A DNA stretch of 61,836 nt from Patescibacteria group bacterium (GCA_018819405.1 JAHJQF010000001.1:973377-1035212), one strand, 5' to 3'; positions 26,574-38,256 are shown, numbered from the stretch's first letter. Notes: generated by a model from the letters alone, not told the origin. Translations and numbers: made by a program.

Positions 26574-27662
26574 CTATTTTAATTTAAAACTACTATAAAA
26601 AGTATCAAACTTTTCATCTTTAATTGCACCATTACTTATACTATAAATTTGATTGTCTTTTTCAAAAATTATATTTTTACTATACCAGTCAGGATATTTT
26701 GAAGTTGTAACAATTATTTCTAGAGCATCTATACCGTTGAAAAAAATACTTTTTCTACTCTCCTCTCTATCTGGCAAAAATTGATCCCCAATATCCGCTA
26801 TAATGTTTTCAACTGATATTCCGCTATCTTTATTATAAACATTTATACCCCATTGAAAATCTTCATGCATTGTTTTGGGAGCAAAACCTACAATATAAGG
26901 ATCAGTTTCTCTTACCTTCCCTCCTTGCCAATCATCAGGATAACTAACTGTAAAACTTGAGTCACTATAAGTCTGCCAATCAGAAGTATCTACTAGAAAA
27001 TTAAAAGAATAAACAATATTATCATTCATAGAATGATCATAAACACCCAACATTGAATCATATATCATATATACCAAACCATCTTTGACTAAAAAATACT
27101 CCTTCACTGTATCCATGCCACTAGCAACATCGAAACTAACAAAATTATTATTATTTATATTTACATCTTGCCGATTATAATAAGCATCATCACCAACAAA
27201 GCCACCTTTGACCCAATTATATAATTTATTATAGCTTTCCAAATCATCATTACCATCCAGCACACGTACTTGCACTTCCTGCCTACCGCCCAACATATTA
27301 TTTTCAGTTGCCGGATATTTTCTGGTCAAAACAATGGCTCTGTCAGAATTTTCCATAGTATAAATATTTGGATACTTTATAGAAAAACCATATTTTTCAT
27401 CACTATAAGTCTGCCAACCCGACATATCATCAAACAACTCTATAGTCCAGACATCTGGCTGATTTTGTGTATTTTTTTCCAGTTCATCTACTCTATCCTG
27501 CAATTTATTAATTTCATCTGTAGCTTTGGCTGATACTTCTTGGACTTTTTTATCTACCTCAGCTTGTTTTTTTGTCTCCTGATAATAATAAACTCCGCCG
27601 CCAACTAATAAAGCCGTAACAATAATAGTCACTAGGATGCTAATAAAACCTCTTTGATTCAT
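26574..27662 (-). CDS. Membrane-anchored secreted protein with an N-terminal coiled coil and duplicated W-Q-T-Y...Y-P domains
   Basis: 362 aa with N-terminal TM helix FISILVTIIVTALLVGGGVYYY. The C-terminal 140 aa or so are paralogous to the C-terminus of CDS 55949-56992 (DFQWGINVYNK...ISNGAI). Confidence 0.7.
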   Translation of the reverse strand: MNQRGFISILVTIIVTALLVGGGVYYYQETKKQAEVDKKVQEVSAKATDEINKLQDRVDELEKNTQNQPDVWTIELFDDMSGWQTYSDEKYGFSIKYPNIYTMENSDRAIVLTRKYPATENNMLGGRQEVQVRVLDGNDDLESYNKLYNWVKGGFVGDDAYYNRQDVNINNNNFVSFDVASGMDTVKEYFLVKDGLVYMIYDSMLGVYDHSMNDNIVYSFNFLVDTSDWQTYSDSSFTVSYPDDWQGGKVRETDPYIVGFAPKTMHEDFQWGINVYNKDSGISVENIIADIGDQFLPDREESRKSIFFNGIDALEIIVTTSKYPDWYSKNIIFEKDNQIYSISNGAIKDEKFDTFYSSFKLK

Positions 27663-27686
27663 AATTTTTATTTTAAAATATTTAAC

Positions 27687-27717
27687 AAAGCCATTATAAC
27701 ATATTTATAATGGCTTT
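27687..27717 (-). terminator. Hairpin downstream of gyrB
   Basis: 13-bp stem aaagccattataa / ttataatggcttt with a 5-nt loop. Confidence 0.6.
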
Positions 27718-27723
27718 TGTATA

Positions 27724-29778
<2,055 letters not shown>

Positions 29779-29987
29779 TTAAATTGAAAATTATGCCTTA
29801 ATTTTAGCATAAAAATAGCAAAAAAACAACCAGAAATAATGGCTGTTTTTTTAAATAAAATTTGGCTAATTTTAGCCCAGTTTAGAAATTTACAAAACAA
29901 TATTTTTTGCCTTAAAACTATAAACTATAGAGTGATTATTTTACTTGAAAATTAAGTAAAAAAATCTAAAGAGAATTTCTAACTGGG

Positions 29988-32414
29988 TTAGCGTAAACTT
30001 GCGTTGAATTTTTTGGCCAAAATGTCCTGGATTTGTTTCATAATTTTGTCTATATCTTCCGAAAGTAAAGTCCTATCGCTACTTCTAAATTCAATGTGGA
30101 AAGCCAAAGACTTTGTGCCAGTTTTCATATTGTCTGAGTACTCATCAAATGGCTCTAGATTTTTTATCAAGGCCGATACTTTAGACACCTCTCGGCTAAT
30201 ATCTTGCCATCTAAGATCTTTTTCTACCACTATAGCCATATCACGATAAATAGCCGGAAATTTTGGCAAAGGCTGATATTTTTTGACCTTATTTATATAT
30301 TTTACCAAGAGACTAAAATTGATTTGGAAAAAAGCAATATTTACTTTAGCTCCACCGCTATCAAACAAATCCGAAGATAATATCCCAAAATTTCCCAAGA
30401 CTATATCCTGATGTTTGATGTTATATGCCAAATACGCATAATCAAAATTAACTTCTTCAAAATTTACATTAAGATTAATATATTCCATGAGAGACTCTAG
30501 CATACCTTTGATGGATAAAAACAAATCTCTTTGATTGGCTTTGCTAACCTCTACTCCAGATAAATATTTATCTTGTTTTGGCAAAAATCTAACTTGTGAA
30601 TTATCTGTCTGATAAACGCCCTTGCTTCTTTTATCAAATATCCTTTCTAGCTCATAAATCTTAAACTCATCAAACCAGCGCAAATTTTCTTCAGCTCTGG
30701 CCAACAAATTTGGCAAAAGAGACATATTGAGGTAACTCTGCTCCGGACTCAAAGTATTTTTTACTTTGATATGCTCATTTAGTTCCAGACCGATTTTTTT
30801 GGCCCAAGCCTGATCAGTAAATGGGTAGTTATACACCTCATTATATGCCTGAGTAAAGCTAAACCATCTTTTGATATTTTTTTGTGCTTGATGAGCCAAG
30901 TCCAGCTTCGGCTCTACAATCTCTACCGCCGGCAAACTAGCCTGAATGTTGTCATAACCATAAATTCTAGCTACCTCTTCTACTATGTCCTCAGGAATAG
31001 AAATATCCTTGGTTGCCCTAAAAGAAGGCACTGTAATATAAAAAATTTTGGCTTTATATTTTACCTCAAATTGAAGTCTCTTTAAAATATCTTTTATTTC
31101 TATAGTAGGTATAACTACTCCAAAACGTTTATTTATCAATTCTTCTGAAACTTCCAGATTTATTTCTTTAAAAGGATTATTATTTATATCTACCAGTGAA
31201 CTAGCTGTATAAGCCTCTGGGCAAAACGACAATATCATCTGAACAGCTTTTTTGATAGCTAGCTCAGCCAAAAGTGGATCTAGGGACTTCTCAAAACGAG
31301 CGGAGCTCTCTGACCTAAGACCCATAGCAACCGAAGTATGCCTGATACTACTAGCTTTGAAATTGGCTGATTCTAAAATAATATCTGTGGTGTCTGCACT
31401 TATCTCACTATTTTGACCTCCCATAATACCAGCCAAAGCCACATATTTGTGGCTATCAGCAATCATCAAGGCTCCTTCTGGTAATTTGCGACTTTCACCA
31501 TCTAAAGTCACAAATTTTTCGCCTTTGGCCGCTTGCTTGATTACAATATGATGATCCTCTATATGACTACTATCAAAAGCGTGCATTGGCTGACCCAACT
31601 CATACATAACATAATTGGTCACATCTACTATATTATTTATTGGTCTAATACCAACACTCTCTAATCTTTTTTTGAGCCACCATGGTGAGTCAGCTACGGT
31701 AATATTTTTGATGATCAGACCCATGTAGCGAAAACAATTTTCCTTGTCTTTGACATCAACTTTGAGTTTTACTTCTGATTTTGTTTTTAAGTCACCCAAC
31801 GCATAAGCTTTGAGCTTGAGCTTGTATATAGCCGCCAACTCTCTGGCCAAACCATACTGCCCCCAGAGATCAGGACGATGATTGATAGATTTATTGTCTA
31901 TATCAATGACCAAATCATTAAGCTTTAATGCCTGAGCCAAATCTTGGCCAACTTTTAATTTTAAATTTGTCAGATCAATAATCTCTTTTTCAGATTTTTG
32001 CGGAAAAAGATCCCCTAAACCAAGCTCTTCAGCAGCGGCAATCATGCCGTTTGACTCAACACCTCTTATCTTGGTTTTTTCCAAACTTACAAGCTCTCCC
32101 TGACCGTGCCATTTGACCTTTGATCCAGGTTTGGCTACTGCCACTAGCATTCCTTTGCTTAGATTTTCACCACCACAAACTATCTGTTCGGTTGTTTCTG
32201 CCAGATTTACTTGGCAAACATGCAGTCTGTCAGCATCAGGATGTTTGGTGATTTCTTCAATCTTACCAACTACTACATTTTCCAAATTCTGAGCCTTGTC
32301 TATAATTTCCTCTACTTCAACGGTAGACATAGTAAAATCAAGAGCCAGTTTTTCTGGTTTTATATCTTTGGGCAGCTTTACCCACTCTTTTATCCAATCA
32401 AGTGACAAATACAT
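29988..32414 (-). CDS. pheT: Phenylalanine--tRNA ligase beta subunit
   Basis: 808 aa with an N-terminal tRNA-binding domain plus B3/4, B5 and FDX-ACB regions. It sits directly downstream of pheS. Confidence 0.95.
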   Translation of the reverse strand: MYLSLDWIKEWVKLPKDIKPEKLALDFTMSTVEVEEIIDKAQNLENVVVGKIEEITKHPDADRLHVCQVNLAETTEQIVCGGENLSKGMLVAVAKPGSKVKWHGQGELVSLEKTKIRGVESNGMIAAAEELGLGDLFPQKSEKEIIDLTNLKLKVGQDLAQALKLNDLVIDIDNKSINHRPDLWGQYGLARELAAIYKLKLKAYALGDLKTKSEVKLKVDVKDKENCFRYMGLIIKNITVADSPWWLKKRLESVGIRPINNIVDVTNYVMYELGQPMHAFDSSHIEDHHIVIKQAAKGEKFVTLDGESRKLPEGALMIADSHKYVALAGIMGGQNSEISADTTDIILESANFKASSIRHTSVAMGLRSESSARFEKSLDPLLAELAIKKAVQMILSFCPEAYTASSLVDINNNPFKEINLEVSEELINKRFGVVIPTIEIKDILKRLQFEVKYKAKIFYITVPSFRATKDISIPEDIVEEVARIYGYDNIQASLPAVEIVEPKLDLAHQAQKNIKRWFSFTQAYNEVYNYPFTDQAWAKKIGLELNEHIKVKNTLSPEQSYLNMSLLPNLLARAEENLRWFDEFKIYELERIFDKRSKGVYQTDNSQVRFLPKQDKYLSGVEVSKANQRDLFLSIKGMLESLMEYINLNVNFEEVNFDYAYLAYNIKHQDIVLGNFGILSSDLFDSGGAKVNIAFFQINFSLLVKYINKVKKYQPLPKFPAIYRDMAIVVEKDLRWQDISREVSKVSALIKNLEPFDEYSDNMKTGTKSLAFHIEFRSSDRTLLSEDIDKIMKQIQDILAKKFNASLR

Positions 32415-32522
32415 AATTTTAGTTAAAAGTTTAAAGTTAAAAAGTCTGAAAGTCCTTGCTTACACAAATAATAATTTTATATTCACGTTACAACTTTGGA
32501 ATTTTCTGACTTTTAAACTAAT

Positions 32523-33530
32523 TTAAAATTGTTTTAAAAACCTAAGATCGCCTGACTCTAGGAGTCTAATATCATCAATCTTGTAACGCATCATAACCAA
32601 CCTTGTGAAACCAAGCCCAAAAGCAAAACCCGAATATTTTTCAGTATCAACTCCTCCAAACTTAAGCACCTGAGGATGAACCAAGCCGCAAGGCATCAAT
32701 TCTACCCAACCAGACTGTTTGCAAACACTGCAGCCAACACCATCACAAATCAAACATTTAAGATCCAACTCAAAACCAGGCTCAACAAAAGGAAAAAATC
32801 CGGGACGCAGCCTGACATCTACTTCTGTTTGAAAAAAAGCTGACAAAAATGATTTCATTACAGCTATCAGATTTCCTATATTTATATCCTTATCCACCAT
32901 CAGTCCTTCCAGCTGATAAAAAGTATGATCATGACTGGCATCAGTGGCTTCATTTCTAAACACGCGACCAGGAAATATACCCCGAAAAGGCACGCCATGC
33001 TTTTCTAGCATTCTGACCTGCAAATTGGAAGTCTGACTGCGTAGCAACATATTATCCTCCAGCCAAAAAGTATCCTGACTATCACGAGACGGATGATCAT
33101 CAGGGGTATTTAGAGCCGTAAAATTATAATAGTCTGACTCTACCTGAGGCCCGTCATAAACTCCAAAACCCATAGAAGCAAAAATATCTTCTATTTCATA
33201 TTGAACCAAGGTAGAAGGATGCAAATGACCAGCCTCACGCCTGATACCAGGCATAGTTGGATCAAAATCTATATTTTGCCCTGTTTGATTTTTAAAAATA
33301 TTTTCAGTTTTAGAAAAAATCATAGACAATTCTTCTTTTACCTGATTGGCCAACTTGCCTAGTCGTGGTCTTTCCTCTTGAGCCAAATCTTTGACGTCTT
33401 TAAGAACTATAGTCAGCTTACCTTTTCTGCCAAGATATTTGGTCTTCAAATCAGCCAAAAGTTCGCTATCTTTGACATTTTTTATTTCTTCTTCAAATTG
33501 TTTTTTTAAATCTTGTAATCTTTTTTCCAT
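32523..33530 (-). CDS. pheS: Phenylalanine--tRNA ligase alpha subunit
   Basis: 335 aa with class II motifs (FRNEATDASHDHTFYQLEG, GFAFGLGFTRL). Confidence 0.96.
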   Translation of the reverse strand: MEKRLQDLKKQFEEEIKNVKDSELLADLKTKYLGRKGKLTIVLKDVKDLAQEERPRLGKLANQVKEELSMIFSKTENIFKNQTGQNIDFDPTMPGIRREAGHLHPSTLVQYEIEDIFASMGFGVYDGPQVESDYYNFTALNTPDDHPSRDSQDTFWLEDNMLLRSQTSNLQVRMLEKHGVPFRGIFPGRVFRNEATDASHDHTFYQLEGLMVDKDINIGNLIAVMKSFLSAFFQTEVDVRLRPGFFPFVEPGFELDLKCLICDGVGCSVCKQSGWVELMPCGLVHPQVLKFGGVDTEKYSGFAFGLGFTRLVMMRYKIDDIRLLESGDLRFLKQF

Positions 33531-33536
33531 ATAAAA

Positions 33537-33971
33537 TTATATTTCTTTTTTATCATTGGCTCTAAATACTAAAAACACAAATTCTATCGTGGTGGCTAAA
33601 ACTACCAAGAGCAAAGTATTCCACCAGGTCAGCAACCTCAAAGATTGTAAAAAAAGTGCCACCAGCAAAACTGAAGAAAATATAACTGCCTGACGAAATG
33701 ATTCCATAACCATTACTCTGGCTATACCTCTTTTTCTGTTCCAGACACTGCGTAGTAAAAAGCCCAAAAGTGACAAAGTCCCCAATATGCTCAAGAAAAG
33801 AGTAAAATAAAACATCAAAAAAATAGATAGGCCTCCCTGATAAGGGTCAAAACTATTAATTATTATAAAAAAACCGAGCCACGCTAAGACGGTGGCCAAT
33901 AACATAGCAATATTGTAGCTTCTAATAGTCATATACTCATAAATAATACAAGAAAAAGCTATAAAAATCAA
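33537..33971 (-). CDS. Hypothetical integral membrane protein (four predicted TM helices)
   Basis: 144 aa and hydrophobic throughout. The start is possibly at the internal MTIRSY. Confidence 0.55.
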   Translation of the reverse strand: MIFIAFSCIIYEYMTIRSYNIAMLLATVLAWLGFFIIINSFDPYQGGLSIFLMFYFTLFLSILGTLSLLGFLLRSVWNRKRGIARVMVMESFRQAVIFSSVLLVALFLQSLRLLTWWNTLLLVVLATTIEFVFLVFRANDKKEI

Positions 33972-34113
33972 CTTCAGCCATTCCTAGTTTGGCTACTTGT
34001 AGCCTTAGGCAAAACACTTTTAGAAGGAGGCGAGGTATATAACCCGTGGGGTTTTTACCTCGCCTACTAGTGTCAATGAACTTTTAAGCCCAGAAATATA
34101 TATCTGGGCTTGG

Positions 34114-34395
34114 TCATGCCTCGATTGTCTGGCTAGAACCAGAAATTATCCGGCAGCAGTCAGCCGGAATCATGACGTGGGTACAGCTCTCCTTCTGGAG
34201 TTTGTGCTTCAATATTGAAGCCGCCTGTGGACATCTGACTGCCACAATCGCCTCCCACAGATCGTCAACGCGAACATGGTAGTTGCCGTCAGGGGAAAAA
34301 GAAATGTCAACCTCCAAAACAAGACCAAATAGAAAAGGAATCAAGCGAGCAGGAACTTCACAAACATTGGGGTTGCCGGAAACTACGATCTTCAT
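34114..34395 (-). CDS. Orphan small protein (93 aa) in G+C-richer micro-island B
   Basis: Perfect SD CAAGGAGGTG (34401-34410) lies 5 nt before the ATG at 34395. A hairpin aagcccag...ctgggctt lies downstream. No family recognised. Confidence 0.55.
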   Translation of the reverse strand: MKIVVSGNPNVCEVPARLIPFLFGLVLEVDISFSPDGNYHVRVDDLWEAIVAVRCPQAASILKHKLQKESCTHVMIPADCCRIISGSSQTIEA

Positions 34396-34482
34396 TACTG
34401 CACCTCCTTGCTAGAGTAAGAATGACCATTCTCCTTCTAAAAATATTTTGTCATAAATATTATAAATTATATCAAAGTACTA

Positions 34483-34779
34483 TTAATTTAAAAATTGGCA
34501 ATCATCTACTATATTTTTTCCAAAATAACTATTAATTTTTTTTATCAATTGTTCTTTTGAAGTTTCCATTTTGTACAAAAGACCGTCATCTAAAACAGCA
34601 ATAGTCAATGTACTGCCCCGAAAATACATAGCCCGAAATTTATCCTGCGACTCTTGACCCAAAATATCTAATAATATTTTATTGGCTTGTTCCAAAAGTA
34701 AAGTTTTCTCAATTTGATTGTTCATCCCCTTTTGGCCGAGCGCTTTATCGGCTGCATCTTTAAAGCTAGTCCAGGACAT
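34483..34779 (-). CDS. DUF721/DciA-like small protein
   Basis: 98 aa. Its size and pattern (LGQ...A...W..IVG / STLTIAV..) resemble DUF721 proteins that accompany replication and repair genes. Confidence 0.5.
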   Translation of the reverse strand: MSWTSFKDAADKALGQKGMNNQIEKTLLLEQANKILLDILGQESQDKFRAMYFRGSTLTIAVLDDGLLYKMETSKEQLIKKINSYFGKNIVDDCQFLN

Positions 34780-34840
34780 ATTTCAGTTTGAATGTTAGAA
34801 AGTCAAAAAGTTTAAAAACAACTTTTTAACTTTACACTTT

Positions 34841-37816
34841 TTAACTTTTAACTTGCTTAGCATAAGGACAAATTGATTTAAAATCACAACTAGAGCACAC
34901 CTGTCCCGGTGTAGCCGAAAAATTATGACTGAGTATTTTTTCAATAGTAGTCAACATCCAGTCTTTGACCTTGGTGATATCTTTGTCAGTGCCTTTGAAA
35001 GACATTGGTGTGTTATTTGTCAAATAAAAGAAGGTGAGATCTTTTACTTCTTGTTTAAATATCTCCTCAGCTGCTATCTGATAAATAAGCAATTGTTTCT
35101 TGTCATCAAAGGTTAATTTTTCTTTAGGCCGGCCAGTCTTGTAATCAATCAGCTGCCAACCCGACTTATCAGCATCCACTCTATCAAAAACACCCCGCAC
35201 ACTATAATCTCCTACTTTGATAGTAAAGCCTTTTTCCAAAAACAAAGGCACTGGAAATTTTCCTTTGAATTTTTTGTGATAATCTTTGAGTATCTTTATG
35301 CCATCTTGATAATATTTCTTTTTTTGGTCTTCGCTTTCATACCAATCATCAATCCAAGACTCTTCGTAAAATTTTAATAGTTCTTTTTCACTTGGCTCTA
35401 TTACTTTTTTGGCTTTAGAAAAAAGATCAGCTTGGCCTTTTTCATTTCTTTCAATGATTAGCTGATAAAACTTTTGCAATGTTGAGTGCATGGTTTTTCC
35501 AAAGCTAAAATAGGCATTTCCTCTGGTTGGTACTTTAGCTATAAAATTATAAAAATATTGCCAAGGACAATTGTCATAAGCTGTCAGCTGAGAAAATGAA
35601 AATACCTTCGGCAGTGGATATTTAGGCTTTTGTGTTTTACTGTCTACATTTTCTGGCTGTTTGGCTGACAAAACTGTTTGAGAAACAATATCTATCTCCT
35701 CCAAAAATCTAGAAGGTTTTTTCTGGCTGGCTCCACCATAATTTTTGGCCCAAGTCAGATAAACAGCCTGTTTGGCTCTGGTCAAAGCTACATAAAACAA
35801 ACGTCTTTCTTCCTGTAAATGAGCGTCACCTGTCGGCAAATCTTCTTTTATAAAATCATCAGGCACTTCTATAGGATCCCTACGCTCTATAGAAGGAAAA
35901 CGCAGATGAACCAAATTAGTCACAAAAACATACTTAAATTCTAAACCCTTGGCTCCATGAACTGTCATTACTTTTACTACATCCGGTCCAGCTTCACTAT
36001 CATACTGCATTGCTCCCATTTCGCCTGATTCAATCTCCATATTGAACTGTTCCAAAAAATTGTGAACCGAAGTGTCTTCTATAGACTCTTCTTCCCAGCT
36101 ACGTATCTTTTTGTAAAATTGATTCAAAAAATGAAGTTGTTCCTGATTGTATTGGTTTTGCTCAATAGTCAACATCTGTAAATAACCGCTATCTTCTAAC
36201 CACTCATAAACCACACGGGACACTGGATGCTCCTTGGCTAGCTTAGTATGCTTATCAATATTATTAATCAATTCATCTATAATCCTAGTTTCACCTAAGG
36301 GTAAATTGATGTGCTGACGATAATTTTTGGCAGTATAATAAAGACTCCAACTTTTTCTAGTGGCTAAATGACTGAGATTTATAATTGTCTCAATTTTCAA
36401 ACCCACGGCCGGCAAAGACAAAATTCTAAACATAGCTGTCGACTCATGATAGTTGTCCAAAAGTTTGATATAAGCCAAGATATCCTGGACAATGTCCTGA
36501 GCGTAAAGACCCCGAGATGCCATAAACTGATGAGGCATACCAAGCTTTCTCATCATAGATACAAAGCCCTGAGCCTGATCATTTGCACGGACTAATATGG
36601 CAAAATCCCCCCAATTGATTTCTTTATCTCCCGCTTTCGCGAGAGTATGCTTTTTCTTTATTTCTACTATTTTATTTAAAATTCCATCAATCTCCGAATT
36701 TTTATCTTCAAAAGACAGTACATCAATTGATCCTTTATAATCAGTATGGCTAGTCAATTTTTTGTTTAGCGGATTTTTGAGTTTTTTATACTGATATTCC
36801 AGTCTGTCTGGATCATTTTGTTGGATGAACTTATAAGCAATATCCAATATCTCTTGTCCACTACGATAGTTGTCTGTCAAAAATATCTCCGCCAAATCAA
36901 CCTTCGAGGTTGATTTCTTCAACCTCGAAGGTTGAAAATCTTTTTTGAAATTTAAAATATTGGATATAGCAGCGCCGCGGAATTTGTAAATCGCCTGATC
37001 ATCATCACCAACCACCATAATATTATTTTTTGGAGCTGCCAAAATTTTTATCAATTCATATTGAGCCCAGTTGGTATCTTGAAACTCATCAACCAAAATA
37101 TATTTGAATTGAGCGCGAAATTTTTTGAGCACCTGAGGACGTTTTTGAAAAAGTTTTAATGTATAATTTATCAAATCACCAAAATCTAAAGCATTATTTT
37201 CCAAAAGAAGTTGTTGATAAATATGATAAGCGCTAGCCACCTCTCTAGTACGAGATATCTCCATTTCAGCTTCCTCACGGTCAGCCGCCTGGTCAGTGTC
37301 CAAATGCAAATCTTCGGCATATTTTAGATACTGGTCAGGATATACCACTTCATCCTTGAGACGAGAAAAATGAGAAAGCAGCGCATGAATAAAACGAGTG
37401 GGATTTCCCAAAGGTGCATAATAATCCAAATCAAATTTTTCTAGGTTTTTTCTGACTAGCATCCAGGCCGAAGTCTGATCAAGTAGCTTAAAGTCACTAG
37501 ACAATCCAATATCCAGAGCGTAGTCTTTGAGCACCCTTTCACAAAAGCCGTGAAAAGTATGAATCCACAAATCAGCATAGCCTAAAGGAAGTAGTTTATC
37601 CACTCTTTCGGCCATTTCAGTAGCAGCTTTTTCCGTAAAAGTAACCGCCAATATTTCATCAGGATTAGCTTTTTTTTGTTCTATCAAATAGGCAATTCTT
37701 TGGGTAATTACTGTGGTTTTGCCAGTGCCCGCTCCAGCAATTAAAATAGCCGGCCCCTGATCATGGGTAACGGCTTGTTTTTGGCTTTTATTCAAATAAT
37801 TCAAATCAATTGCCAT
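34841..37816 (-). CDS. UvrD/PcrA-type superfamily-1 helicase followed by a C-terminal PD-(D/E)XK (Cas4/AddB-like, 4-Cys) nuclease domain
   Basis: 991 aa. Walker A AGAGTGKTT, motif II VDEFQDTN, motif IV DNYRS, VHGAKGLEF. C-terminal features: CPWQYFY, DRVD...IDYKTG, QLLIYQ, and CSSCDFKSICPY. Confidence 0.92.
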   Translation of the reverse strand: MAIDLNYLNKSQKQAVTHDQGPAILIAGAGTGKTTVITQRIAYLIEQKKANPDEILAVTFTEKAATEMAERVDKLLPLGYADLWIHTFHGFCERVLKDYALDIGLSSDFKLLDQTSAWMLVRKNLEKFDLDYYAPLGNPTRFIHALLSHFSRLKDEVVYPDQYLKYAEDLHLDTDQAADREEAEMEISRTREVASAYHIYQQLLLENNALDFGDLINYTLKLFQKRPQVLKKFRAQFKYILVDEFQDTNWAQYELIKILAAPKNNIMVVGDDDQAIYKFRGAAISNILNFKKDFQPSRLKKSTSKVDLAEIFLTDNYRSGQEILDIAYKFIQQNDPDRLEYQYKKLKNPLNKKLTSHTDYKGSIDVLSFEDKNSEIDGILNKIVEIKKKHTLAKAGDKEINWGDFAILVRANDQAQGFVSMMRKLGMPHQFMASRGLYAQDIVQDILAYIKLLDNYHESTAMFRILSLPAVGLKIETIINLSHLATRKSWSLYYTAKNYRQHINLPLGETRIIDELINNIDKHTKLAKEHPVSRVVYEWLEDSGYLQMLTIEQNQYNQEQLHFLNQFYKKIRSWEEESIEDTSVHNFLEQFNMEIESGEMGAMQYDSEAGPDVVKVMTVHGAKGLEFKYVFVTNLVHLRFPSIERRDPIEVPDDFIKEDLPTGDAHLQEERRLFYVALTRAKQAVYLTWAKNYGGASQKKPSRFLEEIDIVSQTVLSAKQPENVDSKTQKPKYPLPKVFSFSQLTAYDNCPWQYFYNFIAKVPTRGNAYFSFGKTMHSTLQKFYQLIIERNEKGQADLFSKAKKVIEPSEKELLKFYEESWIDDWYESEDQKKKYYQDGIKILKDYHKKFKGKFPVPLFLEKGFTIKVGDYSVRGVFDRVDADKSGWQLIDYKTGRPKEKLTFDDKKQLLIYQIAAEEIFKQEVKDLTFFYLTNNTPMSFKGTDKDITKVKDWMLTTIEKILSHNFSATPGQVCSSCDFKSICPYAKQVKS
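36897..36935. repeat. 39-nt perfect palindrome embedded in frame in the helicase gene, same arm sequence as the terminator at 21479-21511
   Basis: tcaaccttcgaggttga (36897-36913), a 5-nt loop, then tcaacctcgaaggttga (36919-36935). 39 nt equals 13 codons. Confidence 0.85.
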
Positions 37817-37818
37817 AG

Positions 37819-37896
37819 CCCGTTAGAAATTATAGTAAAAATAGATAATAAAGCATTAAATCTTTAGCCTGCTAGAAATAAATCATTTCTAACGGG
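37819..37896. repeat. CCCGTTAGAAAT...ATTTCTAACGGG inverted-repeat element, copy B, 2 nt from the helicase start codon
   Basis: Arms at 37819-37830 and 37885-37896. The proximal 18 nt cccgttagaaattatagt are identical to copy A. Confidence 0.8.
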
Positions 37897-37937
37897 TCAT
37901 AGTATAATTTTAGCGCATAACAATAGAAAAATCAAAG

Positions 37938-37960
37938 CCGCACGGGATGTCCCATGCGGC
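37938..37960 (-). terminator. Intrinsic terminator of the 52-aa ORF
   Basis: Minus strand: gccgcatggga-cat-cccgtgcggc followed by tttgattttt. Confidence 0.75.
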
Positions 37961-37983
37961 TCAAGCTTGCAAGCTGAAGTTGC

Positions 37984-38142
37984 TTAAGATTTCTCCTTTT
38001 GGGTTTTAGCCTCCTTTGAAATAGTACTATCATTGGTTCGAGGACTAGGCACAATACCTAGTATCACAGCTACTCTTTGTAGCCAATCCAAATCGCCTCG
38101 ATTAGACGGCTCAAACAAACCATGCCACTTTTTACTACTCAT
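37984..38142 (-). CDS. Orphan small protein (52 aa) in micro-island C
   Basis: MSSKKWHGLFEPSNRGDLDWLQRVAVILGIVPSPRTNDSTISKEAKTQKEKS. SD CAGGAGGAG (38149-38157) lies upstream. The longer ORF-track form (to 38232) would run through its own promoter. Confidence 0.5.
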   Translation of the reverse strand: MSSKKWHGLFEPSNRGDLDWLQRVAVILGIVPSPRTNDSTISKEAKTQKEKS

Positions 38143-38187
38143 ATTCACTCCTCCTGTTGGTAGACAATGACACAGATTACATAAAAT

Positions 38188-38216
38188 ATGATACCTAAAA
38201 TTATCAATTTTGGCAA
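38188..38216 (-). promoter_or_regulatory. Sigma-70-like promoter of the 52-aa ORF
   Basis: Minus strand: TTGCCA (38216-38211), a 17-nt spacer, then TATCAT (38193-38188). Confidence 0.5.
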
Positions 38217-38256
38217 AACCTATAATAGACAAATCTCTAACTGGTCAAAAAGAAAA

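Noticed and set aside
32415-34840. A shared AT-rich motif GTTAAAAGTT..AAAGTTAAAAAGT upstream of pheT (32421-32455) and upstream of the DUF721 gene (34800-34840, opposite orientation)
   Set aside because: The sequence is very low in complexity within an AT-rich genome. Two copies in opposite orientation are not enough to separate a real motif from compositional chance.
37984-38232. The 82-aa form of the small ORF given in the track
   Set aside because: The upstream 30 codons run through the predicted -10 and -35 boxes. The strong SD sits in front of the internal Met at 38142, so the 52-aa form is preferred.
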